Below are positions 24,049-32,894 of a DNA stretch of 33,829 bases, one piece after another; the stretch's first letter is position 1, and each line of letters starts with the position of its first letter. The stretch lies in the IMG/VR virus record IMGVR_UViG_3300005611_001571, positions 1-33,829 of that record. One strand, 5' to 3'. A program made the position numbers and the translations under genes. The DNA comes from a virus (taxonomy: Duplodnaviria > Caudoviricetes). The notes under the pieces were generated by a model. The model ran no database searches, was not told where the DNA came from, and saw only the letters and a list, made by a program, of their open reading frames with translations.

Positions 24049-24759
24049 TTAATTAGCTAGAGGATTATCAAGTGCTCTTTGTAGTTTTTTGCCTAACCTA
24101 TCCTCTAAATCTTTCATTTCAGATTCAATTTTAGATTCCATGCGAGAAATATTACGATCAACTTTATTATTTAATTCATCCATTCGTGAAGTATTACTCT
24201 CTGACAAACGATTTGCTTTTTCATCATAATCATTCTGAAGACCATCACGTTTATTCTCAAAGCGCTCTTCAGCGTTTTGAATTGCCTCTCTAACATCACC
24301 TTCAATCTTTTTCATATCATCTTCAACGTTATCTACAATCTTCTCAACTCTTGAGATATCTTCACGCATATTATTTTTCATATCTCTTGAGGCCGCCTCA
24401 TTGATCTCAATACCGTTTTGTAAAAACTCTAATCTATCTCCATAAGTATCAATAATTTTAACATGAGACGATGAAATATCTTTCAAACCACCTACATCAG
24501 CACTTAATACGCTCATCTGTTCCTGTAATCCCGATAAATCAGGGGCTACATATGATTGTATTTGCTCTTTCATCTCCATATAGTCTTTATACACTTCAAA
24601 AGCTCCGTACAAACCTCCTAGTACAGAGCCTACAATAGCCACTAAAGCACTTATACTAATAAATGTAACTTTAAAACCTAAGACTCTAAACTCTTTATTT
24701 TTAAGTTTTTCAATAGACTCTTCTGCGTTTTCAAGTTCTTGTGATAAATCTTTACTCAT
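24049..24759 (-). CDS. Membrane-anchored long coiled-coil protein
   Basis: One TM near the N-terminus; heptad-rich remainder ending ALDNPLAN. Confidence 0.8.
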   Translation of the reverse strand: MSKDLSQELENAEESIEKLKNKEFRVLGFKVTFISISALVAIVGSVLGGLYGAFEVYKDYMEMKEQIQSYVAPDLSGLQEQMSVLSADVGGLKDISSSHVKIIDTYGDRLEFLQNGIEINEAASRDMKNNMREDISRVEKIVDNVEDDMKKIEGDVREAIQNAEERFENKRDGLQNDYDEKANRLSESNTSRMDELNNKVDRNISRMESKIESEMKDLEDRLGKKLQRALDNPLAN

Positions 24760-25165
24760 CAGTACCTCCAGAATTAGATAACTCTTGAAGTTTTCTTAAC
24801 TCCGCCTCAAGTCTTTGGATTTCTAAACGTTTCTTTTTGAGTTCTAATTGGTATAAAGTATTACAATTTATACGTTCTTTTGGACCATCAAGAGGTATAA
24901 TTACTCTAGCATAGACTCCAACATCTTTTGTACTTGATCCAGAACTATTAGAAAGTGGAGAATTATAGTCTTCAATAATACCTGTGACTCCAAACTCAAA
25001 GTTAGTAGAGCCTCCAATAGAGTTAGAACAATCTAATTCACCTGCTCTAAACTTGTCAGATGAGTAGTTTCCACTTGGAGAAGGTAATTGAAGGTTTAAA
25101 GAACTACTTTCGGCATAAGCTGCGTTTGATAACAACAACCCTAGTAAGAAAACTAGTCTTTTCAT
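24752..25165 (-). CDS. Secreted protein with beta-hairpin and C-terminal coiled coil
   Basis: Signal peptide; NFEFGVTG...VGVYARVIIPL flanked by two Cys. Confidence 0.75.
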   Translation of the reverse strand: MKRLVFLLGLLLSNAAYAESSSLNLQLPSPSGNYSSDKFRAGELDCSNSIGGSTNFEFGVTGIIEDYNSPLSNSSGSSTKDVGVYARVIIPLDGPKERINCNTLYQLELKKKRLEIQRLEAELRKLQELSNSGGTDE

Positions 25166-25554
25166 AGATCATCTTTCTTAAATTTGGAACAAATTGTAGA
25201 AGATATTACTGCTGAAGGAGCCGGAACATTTCTACTTCTAGACTTAGAGCATACATAAGTTGCACGTTTTTTATCATCATCTCTAATATACACTGTAAAT
25301 CTAACTCTTTCAAGATAATCTAACTTAAAAATTTTGAATGAGGAGACGAATGGGACTGGTTCCCAATCTTCTGTGAAAACACCTATCTCATAGTAGTCTA
25401 TATCATTTCTTTTATTAAATACCTCTAGCTCTGTTTCTAAAAGCCCTTCTTTCCACGAATACTTGAGCTGTGGATAAGTAGGTGTCATGTCGTGCGCATA
25501 AGCCGACAATGACAATAAGAATATAATAATAATAAAAGAAATAAGCGCTTTCAT
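25162..25554 (-). CDS. Secreted Ig-like protein, pilus-chaperone-like
   Basis: Signal peptide (AYA); M.P start, L.V.N, beta-rich, Cys pair. Confidence 0.55.
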   Translation of the reverse strand: MKALISFIIIIFLLSLSAYAHDMTPTYPQLKYSWKEGLLETELEVFNKRNDIDYYEIGVFTEDWEPVPFVSSFKIFKLDYLERVRFTVYIRDDDKKRATYVCSKSRSRNVPAPSAVISSTICSKFKKDDL

Positions 25555-25555
25555 C

Positions 25556-26059
25556 TTACTGTGCTACACAAACAGCCTCTACAACAGCTGTGTAAGAACC
25601 ACCAGGAAATGCTCTGTTACCGCCATTTGTTGCAGTAGAGGAGGATTCAAACCAAGTAGAACCAGTAGCAGTTAAATCATACTGAGTTGTGTCTCCAAAA
25701 GTGGTTTTGTTAGTTTCATAAGCACTCATATTTGTAGCATCACTAATTGCGCTCACAGAGGTTGATCCAGTCCAAGTTACGGAGTCGTTCAACGAAGGGC
25801 TTGATGAAAAACTACTCGGTGTAGTGATCTGGGCATAGTATGCATCAGCTAGAGTTACGTCAAATCTAACAATAGGCTTTACGCCTCCATCAGCTGGGGT
25901 GGTAGTAAGTGTATAAGCATTTGGGTTTCCATAAACACCTGGAGTATCTACAGAAATAACACATCTTGACTGCACAGTTCCAGAAATAGGAACATCAACA
26001 GCAAAAGCAGTTACAGAGGTAAATATGAAAGCAGATGCTAATAAAATATTTTTAATCAT
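25556..26059 (-). CDS. Secreted pilin-like protein (Csu/fimbrial subunit-like)
   Basis: Signal peptide; V.ISGTVQSRC.I N-terminus; PGGSYTAVVEA.C C-terminus; S/T-rich. Confidence 0.6.
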   Translation of the reverse strand: MIKNILLASAFIFTSVTAFAVDVPISGTVQSRCVISVDTPGVYGNPNAYTLTTTPADGGVKPIVRFDVTLADAYYAQITTPSSFSSSPSLNDSVTWTGSTSVSAISDATNMSAYETNKTTFGDTTQYDLTATGSTWFESSSTATNGGNRAFPGGSYTAVVEAVCVAQ

Positions 26060-26067
26060 TTTTTCTC

Positions 26068-26970
26068 CTAATTTTTATACTGCATCGATATCATTTTTTC
26101 ATGCAGTAATTGTTGAGCTAAACCGTTGCGTAAACCTGATTTACTGTCCGTTATTTCAGCATCTACAAGAGTGATAGTGTCGTTGTACTGTCCTCCTGGT
26201 ACTGATCTATTTGAGTATTGATTGTTTACAACAACCTGCATAGCCCTATTCATTTCTTCAATTCTTTGATTCTCTGTAAAAAGTTGACTAGCATTAGTAT
26301 CAGCTAACATTGCTAATCGATATTCTCTTTTACGCTTCTCTTCCTCTTCTTCATCCTCGTCAAGTTCTTCTTCTACAACCTCTTCATTCTCTTGTAAAAG
26401 AATTTGCTCATCGCTGCTCAGGTTAACATTCTCATCTTTAGTAGCATCATAAATAGTAGATACATCGAAGACCTCAACTTTAGGAGGGGCAGGAGTCACA
26501 TAGCCAGGACAGTTAGGATCAAATTGTGGATCATAACAAGGATCTACTTTATAACTGTAAACGACTCTGGCATCTTCAACTGTGCCATTTCCTTCTACTT
26601 CTATCGAGCCATCTCCCCATGCAGATCTAGGAATATTAGGAATAACAGGAACTACTTTTCTAATCTCTGTACCGCCAAGAGATCCTGACTTCCACTCATC
26701 AGTTTCACGAAATATATACCCAGTGCCATTTGCATTTTCATTCTGAACATGAACATTAACAGAATCATCAACGTCTTTTTGAATAGTGTAGTCGTAAATA
26801 ACTGTATTAATGTCTAATCCTGGAGGAGTAGGCAATACTGTGTCCATACTCCAGGAGTGTCCTCCTGCAGCTGCATTTCCAGTTGTTCCAAAGTAAGGAG
26901 TGATATCTTCAGAGTAAGAGTAGGAGGAATAAGCTACCAAGACCGCCGTAAGTAACAGTTTCTTTAACAT
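26068..26970 (-). CDS. Secreted protein: beta-sandwich, DPC..P..DP.CPGY motif, acidic helical tail
   Basis: Signal peptide; composition. Confidence 0.75.
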   Translation of the reverse strand: MLKKLLLTAVLVAYSSYSYSEDITPYFGTTGNAAAGGHSWSMDTVLPTPPGLDINTVIYDYTIQKDVDDSVNVHVQNENANGTGYIFRETDEWKSGSLGGTEIRKVVPVIPNIPRSAWGDGSIEVEGNGTVEDARVVYSYKVDPCYDPQFDPNCPGYVTPAPPKVEVFDVSTIYDATKDENVNLSSDEQILLQENEEVVEEELDEDEEEEEKRKREYRLAMLADTNASQLFTENQRIEEMNRAMQVVVNNQYSNRSVPGGQYNDTITLVDAEITDSKSGLRNGLAQQLLHEKMISMQYKN

Positions 26971-27454
26971 TGGTATTATCCTTTTCCTGGGCTAACTCTT
27001 CTCTTAATTTTTCTTCGTGAGTTTCCCAACCAAGTTTAGCTGCTTCCCCTATTTGCCCGTCATAGGGACAAGGAGTTCCTGCCATCATCATAGCATCAAA
27101 AACTGCTGTATCTTGACACATAACAGAAACGGCAGCAACTTTCATTCCCATATCATAGAGTGTTTTTGCGTTTTTCAGACGAATACAGTTTTCTTCTGTA
27201 AAAGTTGTACCAGCAGAAATGCCTAAAATTTGTGTCTGAACGGCTCCTGCAACACCAATAGTACAGAGATCACTATTATTACCTGCGCTGAACTGCGGTG
27301 AGATAGCTGAAGGTGGAGGAGATTTTACTGTTGTCTCCATCGATCCATTAGTTGTCACTGTGCTATTTGTTGTAGATTCTGTTACTATTGTTTCCGCAAC
27401 TACGCTAGAAGTAAGTAAACAAAATAATGATGCAATTTTAAAAAGGTTTTTCAT
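26909..27454 (-). CDS. Secreted Cys-containing protein with C-terminal hydrophobic tail
   Basis: Signal peptide; PPPSAISP...C..G..GAVQTQILGIS.G....NC.RLK....MGMKVAAV..MCQD..V..AM..AGTPCP. Confidence 0.8.
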   Translation of the reverse strand: MKNLFKIASLFCLLTSSVVAETIVTESTTNSTVTTNGSMETTVKSPPPSAISPQFSAGNNSDLCTIGVAGAVQTQILGISAGTTFTEENCIRLKNAKTLYDMGMKVAAVSVMCQDTAVFDAMMMAGTPCPYDGQIGEAAKLGWETHEEKLREELAQEKDNTNVKETVTYGGLGSLFLLLLL

Positions 27455-27461
27455 ATATCTC

Positions 27462-27695
27462 TCAATAAATTTTTATGTTTTTAGTGTCACTACTAATATA
27501 CTTAGGTAGGCAATAAGCAGTGACCTTATCTTTACTACTCATAGATTCAATCGAACCGTAGTTTCCAAATCTTTTTGAAACTTCATTAGCAAAAAAGTTA
27601 CAATCAACAATGCTATAAAAATACATGTCTTTAGAAACAACTCGTCTATCTTCCCCAGTTCCTAAATAAACCATCAATAAAAACACGTGAATCAT
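27462..27695 (-). CDS. Hypothetical protein
   Basis: ORF track; MYF.S...C and TAYCLP. Confidence 0.7.
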   Translation of the reverse strand: MIHVFLLMVYLGTGEDRRVVSKDMYFYSIVDCNFFANEVSKRFGNYGSIESMSSKDKVTAYCLPKYISSDTKNIKIY

Positions 27696-28165
27696 AGTAG
27701 TGACTTAAGAAACGATACCAATAAAATTATTAATCCTGAACCAATCAATATAGTTAGTAATATTGATAACACTTCTATAAACTTTCTTCGACGTCTTGCC
27801 TGAGCATACAGAGTTTCTTGACGTTGCTTTCTAATATGCCCTTCCATGCGGATTAACTCATCCCAGGCACTTTTACCCATTGTGTAACCAATATAATTCT
27901 TAAGCTCTTCTCGCATCTGTTCAGCTTTTTTCTTCGCTGCAAAGATCTCCATCGCTTCTTGTTCAATAGATTTTCCAGAAAAAAGTTTTTTAAAAATAGG
28001 CGGGTTCTTTGCTAGATGTTCTGCCTCTGTCAAATCTGACATAGCACCCATCCATCTAGAAATATCCCCCGCCATCTGTTCTATATCTCTGCCTACTTCA
28101 AAACCTTTTTTAATAACTGCAAAGGCAGATGATGCAGTTGCTAATGCACTTACAGGATCGATCAT
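27692..28165 (-). CDS. Conserved phage protein with C-terminal TM
   Basis: MIDPVSALATAS.AF..IKKG..VGRD.E.M pattern. Confidence 0.8.
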   Translation of the reverse strand: MIDPVSALATASSAFAVIKKGFEVGRDIEQMAGDISRWMGAMSDLTEAEHLAKNPPIFKKLFSGKSIEQEAMEIFAAKKKAEQMREELKNYIGYTMGKSAWDELIRMEGHIRKQRQETLYAQARRRRKFIEVLSILLTILIGSGLIILLVSFLKSLL

Positions 28166-28190
28166 TCATTAACCTTCCTGAGAGTGCTGA

Positions 28191-28595
28191 TTATTCTTTA
28201 GATTCTACACTCTCATCTTTTTCTGTGACTGCGTTCTCATAGTAGACAATGATTTCAGTTTGTTGATTGATAAAACGTCTTATATCAGCTATGTTTAACG
28301 CTAAGTTTTCATAATCTTTCATAGAAAGGGCGACAAATGCTATCTCACCGTGTAACTGTTTATACTCTTCAATAAATTGATCAAGATTATCCTTAGTAAC
28401 TACATGTATTCTAGTATCAATTAGTTGGAGTGGTTTCGGTCTCGCTACTGTCGGTATCTGAACTTTCTCTACCTGGGTTACTACTTTGATCTCCGGTTCG
28501 GGAGGTCTCCAGCTGCAACCACTCAGGAAGAGGATACTCGTTAGCATTACCAGTATCGTCCATAAACCCACGCCATAACTTTGCTGTCGCGCCAT
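28191..28595 (-). CDS. Putative o-spanin (outer-membrane lipoprotein)
   Basis: LSGC lipobox; Pro-rich linker; overlaps the 3' end of the i-spanin in another frame. Confidence 0.7.
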   Translation of the reverse strand: MARQQSYGVGLWTILVMLTSILFLSGCSWRPPEPEIKVVTQVEKVQIPTVARPKPLQLIDTRIHVVTKDNLDQFIEEYKQLHGEIAFVALSMKDYENLALNIADIRRFINQQTEIIVYYENAVTEKDESVESKE

Positions 28596-28917
28596 TCATT
28601 TTCCCCTCTAGTACTTTTGCGTCTTTCAACGCCTCTAAAACTAAGTTCATACGACTCAGTTTACCACGAAGCTCATCTCCATAAGCTTCTGCTTTTTGTA
28701 GATCTGCTTGAAGTTGGTTATTTAACTGTCCTATCTTAGCCATCTCACCTTTAACTAAGTCAAGGCTAGACTCGGCAGTATCAACTGCTACCTCAAGTTT
28801 TGCATTATTCTCACGGAGAGTTGCTATTCGTTGCTGACTATCTTGATAGTACCAGTAAAAACCGCTACACAGAGCGGCCATAAGAACTCCCATAATTAAA
28901 GCTAATTTTAATCCCAT
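28417..28917 (-). CDS. Putative i-spanin
   Basis: N-terminal TM plus periplasmic coiled coil; overlapped by the lipoprotein gene. Confidence 0.7.
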   Translation of the reverse strand: MGLKLALIMGVLMAALCSGFYWYYQDSQQRIATLRENNAKLEVAVDTAESSLDLVKGEMAKIGQLNNQLQADLQKAEAYGDELRGKLSRMNLVLEALKDAKVLEGKMNGATAKLWRGFMDDTGNANEYPLPEWLQLETSRTGDQSSNPGRESSDTDSSETETTPTN

Positions 28918-28923
28918 AGTGTT

Positions 28924-28952
28924 AATATATGCTATATAACCTTAGTTGGCAA
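28924..28952 (-). promoter_or_regulatory. Putative promoter TTGCCA-N17-TATATT
   Basis: Variant of the recurring motif; -10 only 6 nt from the ATG (leaderless?). Confidence 0.55.
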
Positions 28953-28982
28953 ATTATTTTATCCAGAAAGACACAAAATGAC

Positions 28983-29016
28983 AAAAAATTGGCGATGTCA
29001 AAATTTTGACACCGCC
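28983..29016 (-). terminator. Intrinsic terminator after pstS
   Basis: GGCGGTGTCAA/TTGACATCGCC stem then AATTTTTT. Confidence 0.7.
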
Positions 29017-29038
29017 GTTAGTCAATAGTTTGACTTTT

Positions 29039-30085
29039 TTACTTAAGATCAGCTGCTGTTAGTGCAGGGAGATTTTTCATCCGAGACTTCATCTCATTCA
29101 TTTCAGCTTCTGGAAGAGGAATCATACCAGCATCAGATAGAAGACCATCTTCACCCCAGTTCTTTGTCCACTCAGCCATATATTCCTTAATACCAGGAAC
29201 AACATCGACATGTGCATGTTTTACATAGAAATAGAGTGATCTTGAAATTGAGTAGTCACCATCAGCGATTGCGTCAAAGGTAGGTGCACTACCATCAACA
29301 ACGGCACCTTCAAGTACATCACTGTTCTGATCAAGATAAGAGAAACCAAAGATACCATACGTGCCTGTATCCTCTTGCAGCTTCTGAACAATTAAGTTAT
29401 CTTGCTCACCAGCTTCGATGTAAGCACCGTCAGTGCGCATTGCACGACAAACTTTAGCTTTCTCTCCCGCTGCTTTTAGAGCTGCTTTAGCTAAAGCATC
29501 TTTTTTACAGTAACCTTTTTCATTAACCATTTCTACAAATGATGCACGAGTTCCAGACGTGGTAGGCGGACCCATTACACGAATTGGAATGTTCGGAAGA
29601 TCTGGATTAATCTGGTTCCAATGTGTAAATGGATTATCAATCCACTCAGTCGTGTTCCAATCTCTGATTTCACCAGCAGGTACTTTAGCTGTTAGTGCTT
29701 TACCAAGATCAGCTTTAGAAATAACAAGAGGTTCCGCACCTTTAGCATAAGCTACAACAATCCCATCGTATCCTACTTTAATTTCAGTAACAGCAATACC
29801 ATTACCGGTACAATATTCAAGTTCTTTGACTTTCATACGTGATGAGGCATTACCAATATCAATATATTCAGTGCCTGTACCTTGGCATACACCTTTTTTA
29901 CCTACAGACGATCCACCAGATTCTACAACTGGGGTCTTATAGTTAGGATTCTTACCGAGTTGTTCAGCAACAATAGTCGCAAAAGGCAGAACGGTAGATG
30001 ATCCTGCAATTGAAACATATTCTCTAGCATATGCGGCGCTAGAAACCAATGAAGCAGCTACAGCTGCAAAGATAAGTTTTCTCAT
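29039..30085 (-). CDS. pstS: Phosphate ABC transporter substrate-binding protein
   Basis: Signal peptide; IAGSSTV.PF, ES.GSS.G, DIGNASSR, GYDGI, GPPTTSGTR, Y.ISR.LYFYVK. Confidence 0.93.
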   Translation of the reverse strand: MRKLIFAAVAASLVSSAAYAREYVSIAGSSTVLPFATIVAEQLGKNPNYKTPVVESGGSSVGKKGVCQGTGTEYIDIGNASSRMKVKELEYCTGNGIAVTEIKVGYDGIVVAYAKGAEPLVISKADLGKALTAKVPAGEIRDWNTTEWIDNPFTHWNQINPDLPNIPIRVMGPPTTSGTRASFVEMVNEKGYCKKDALAKAALKAAGEKAKVCRAMRTDGAYIEAGEQDNLIVQKLQEDTGTYGIFGFSYLDQNSDVLEGAVVDGSAPTFDAIADGDYSISRSLYFYVKHAHVDVVPGIKEYMAEWTKNWGEDGLLSDAGMIPLPEAEMNEMKSRMKNLPALTAADLK

Positions 30086-30135
30086 TTTTATCTCCCTAAT
30101 AAAATGTGAGGACGTTGGTCATCCTCATAGTTTGT

Positions 30136-30169
30136 ATTATAACAAAAATATGTTACAATTTTATTACAC
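30136..30169 (-). promoter_or_regulatory. Pho box plus -10 promoter of pstS
   Basis: GTGTAAT-AAAA-TTGTAAC, then exactly 10 nt, then TATAAT. Confidence 0.75.
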
Positions 30170-30944
30170 TTTCAAGAATAGCCATTCGTACAAAAAGACC
30201 GTTTTTCATTTGCTCAAAATACTTTGCCCTTGGGTCAGTATCAAACCATGTAGGCAACTCTTCATTTCTAGGGAAAGGGTGTAATATAATAGATTGATCT
30301 GGCATAGCTCTAACATGTTCAGCTGTTAATTGATAAGTTCCTATAGAACCCCTCTCTCTTTGAACTCTAGTAAGATAATACACATCACTTTCAGGCCAGT
30401 CATCTGTAGAGAAGGTATCTCTGTAATTCTTAACACAATTAGGAGTAGCTTTATCTAAACTATGAATAGTTCTACCATTTTCTATATCTCCTACAAAGGT
30501 AATTCGTAAATCGTCTATACGACCAAAGTGTTTCCAAATAGTGTATAAGTCTAAAAGCGTTTGTGTAGGGTGCTCTCCATTACCATCTCCTGCATTAATT
30601 ACTGGAACGTCAGAAACTGCAGCAGCTTTTGCTGCGTGTCCGGACTCTTTACTCCTGAGAACGATCGCGTCTGAATAAGAAGACATAGTTCGAATAGTAT
30701 CTTCAAGATTTTCGCCTTTTGATACAGAGCTATAGTTAACATCGTTAATAGAGATTACTTGCCCGCCTAAACGTAACATAGCAGCTGCGAAGCTGCTACT
30801 TGTACGAGTACTAGGTTCGTAAAAAAGATTTGTTAATATCTTACCAGATAAAGAAGGACTTGAACCATAATGTTCAATATTGGCTGCTTTGTATAGAATT
30901 GATTCAATGCTTATGTCGTCAGTGGTAATTAAACTTTTTACCAT
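30153..30944 (-). CDS. pyrB: Aspartate carbamoyltransferase catalytic subunit (compact)
   Basis: FYEPSTRT, SSVSKGE, INAGDG..EHPTQTLLD, GD...GRT.HS, TRVQRER, HPFPR. Confidence 0.93.
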   Translation of the reverse strand: MVKSLITTDDISIESILYKAANIEHYGSSPSLSGKILTNLFYEPSTRTSSSFAAAMLRLGGQVISINDVNYSSVSKGENLEDTIRTMSSYSDAIVLRSKESGHAAKAAAVSDVPVINAGDGNGEHPTQTLLDLYTIWKHFGRIDDLRITFVGDIENGRTIHSLDKATPNCVKNYRDTFSTDDWPESDVYYLTRVQRERGSIGTYQLTAEHVRAMPDQSIILHPFPRNEELPTWFDTDPRAKYFEQMKNGLFVRMAILESVIKL

Positions 30945-30955
30945 ACTAGTACCCG

Positions 30956-31816
30956 TTAATAGCTTTGGGCCAATCGCCAGTTTAAGTATTCAAGAGATTC
31001 AATAGGGTTATACTTTGCAGGTTCGTTTCTTAAGTTCTTAACAATAGTACCTGGTTTTGGATCAACAAAGTGCGGCATAGAGTATCTAGGTAAGTGTATA
31101 TAAGAGTTAACTACACGGTGTTTAGTAGATACAAAATAATCATTAGTCCAACGTTGAAGTAAATCACCAATGTTAACTACAACACCGTCTTCTGCATAAG
31201 GTACAGGATGCCATTTACCTTTGAGGTCTTGAACCTCAAGTCCTGGTACATCATTAATTTGCCAGAGAAGGGTGATAGTACCATAGTCTGAATGTTCTCC
31301 AATTCTTTTTTGATTGTCTTGCACAGGCCCATCATAAGGGGGATAGTGAATCACTCTAGTAGTGTTGTAGGGTTTTAAGTGTGCATCAACTAGCGTAGTG
31401 CCTGTTTCTAATATGGAGTCAAATTTTTCTAAAATACGAAGTGTTAATCTGTCAGCGATGCCTACCGTTGCAAGTGCATTAGACTTAAAGCCTGCTATCT
31501 CTCGTGGCCAAAGATGCTCTGCCATTCGTTTGTTGTTATAGTTAAAAGACTCTTTCATATCACCAGGAGCCTCTGGATTAACATTTTCCTTTAACCATCC
31601 TGTGTAACCAAGATTTGTCTCTGGGTCATAGATATATCTACACTTAAGTTCAATGTCTAATTCAAAAAACTGTTTCATCAAGTCAAACCACGAATTCATT
31701 GTGATTTGTTCTGGTTGAGAAAGAGCATTGGTAAAGACTGCGAAGCCTACAGTAGTGTAGGCTTCACGAATCTCTTCCAGTGCTGTTTTTGATTGGAAAT
31801 CAATGACTGGAATCAT
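30956..31816 (-). CDS. Isopenicillin-N-synthase-like 2OG-Fe(II) oxygenase
   Basis: IPVID, HYPP, HSDYG.ITLL, VNIGD....WTN...ST.HRV, RYS. Confidence 0.9.
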   Translation of the reverse strand: MIPVIDFQSKTALEEIREAYTTVGFAVFTNALSQPEQITMNSWFDLMKQFFELDIELKCRYIYDPETNLGYTGWLKENVNPEAPGDMKESFNYNNKRMAEHLWPREIAGFKSNALATVGIADRLTLRILEKFDSILETGTTLVDAHLKPYNTTRVIHYPPYDGPVQDNQKRIGEHSDYGTITLLWQINDVPGLEVQDLKGKWHPVPYAEDGVVVNIGDLLQRWTNDYFVSTKHRVVNSYIHLPRYSMPHFVDPKPGTIVKNLRNEPAKYNPIESLEYLNWRLAQSY

Positions 31817-31819
31817 TTT

Positions 31820-32881
31820 TTAACTTCCTGGTACTTTAGCGTCAATACCTTCAACGTAATACATCATTTGATTAAGTTGAAGATCTGTTGCGACTTCGCC
31901 GTCAGCTAGTTGCAGCTTACCAGTATTATCATAGATGGGACCAGTAAATGCAAAATACTCACCAGCAGAGATAGCATCTTTCACACGCTGTGCCTCAGTA
32001 GCAACTTCAGCTGGCATATTAGTAAACGGTGCCATTTGTACTGCATCTTCATTCATATGCCCAAAATAGTCATTAGTTTCCCAATTACCGTCAATAACTG
32101 CTTGTACTTTACGAATGTAGTACGGGCCCCAGTTATCGATGGTAGCAGTTAATTGAGCTTTTGGTGCAAAGTTATACTGATTGGATGCTTGTCCAAAGCC
32201 AAGAACTCCTGCTTTTTGAGCTGCTTGCAAAGGAGCAGGTGAATCTGTATGTTGAGCAACCATGTCACAACCACCTGAAATCATTGTTGTTGCCGCAGTC
32301 GCTTCTTTAACAGGATCATACCAAGTATTTACCCATACGATATCAATATCAACATCAGGGTTCATCTTTTTTGCTCCAAGATAAAACGTATTAATTTCAC
32401 GGATCACTTCGGGGATTGGATAGGCTCCAACGTAACAAATTTTATTAGTCTTTGTCATCATCCCTGCGATAATACCCTGCACGTGACGAGCTTGATAAAG
32501 TCGCAGTCCATAAGTAGCCATATTCTCTGACTGTTTATATCCAGTTGCGTGCTCAAACTTTACGTCTGGAAAGTCTTTTGCAACCTTTAACATTGGGTCC
32601 ATATAACCGAATGATGTAGCAAAAATAATATCTGCTCCGCCTTGAGCCATCTTACGAATAGCTGTTTCAGCTGAAGGACCATATTGAACACTTTCAAGGT
32701 ATACAGTCTCAACCTGGTCTCCAAAAGCCTCTTCGACTTGTTGACGACCAATATCATGACGATAAGTCCAACCGTGATCTCCGATTGGTCCTACGTAGAT
32801 AAATCCTACTTTTACAGGCTCTGCAAAAGCAGTAGTTAATGAAGCAAGTAGCATAGCTCCTGCTAACAGTAATTTTTTCAT
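31820..32881 (-). CDS. BMP-family ABC substrate-binding protein (purine/nucleoside type)
   Basis: Signal peptide; KVGFIYVGP.GDHGW, IIFATSFGY, F.HATG, PIPEV.R.IN, QHTDSPAP; start moved to MKKLLL. Confidence 0.92.
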   Translation of the reverse strand: MKKLLLAGAMLLASLTTAFAEPVKVGFIYVGPIGDHGWTYRHDIGRQQVEEAFGDQVETVYLESVQYGPSAETAIRKMAQGGADIIFATSFGYMDPMLKVAKDFPDVKFEHATGYKQSENMATYGLRLYQARHVQGIIAGMMTKTNKICYVGAYPIPEVIREINTFYLGAKKMNPDVDIDIVWVNTWYDPVKEATAATTMISGGCDMVAQHTDSPAPLQAAQKAGVLGFGQASNQYNFAPKAQLTATIDNWGPYYIRKVQAVIDGNWETNDYFGHMNEDAVQMAPFTNMPAEVATEAQRVKDAISAGEYFAFTGPIYDNTGKLQLADGEVATDLQLNQMMYYVEGIDAKVPGS

Positions 32882-32894
32882 AGTTTTTCCTTTG

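Noticed and set aside
1473-32152. All plus-strand ORFs in the track (e.g. 4635-5003, 5788-6093, 9325-9609, 26404-26688)
   Set aside because: They lie antisense to well-supported minus-strand genes or tRNAs and have no recognisable motifs; treated as shadow ORFs
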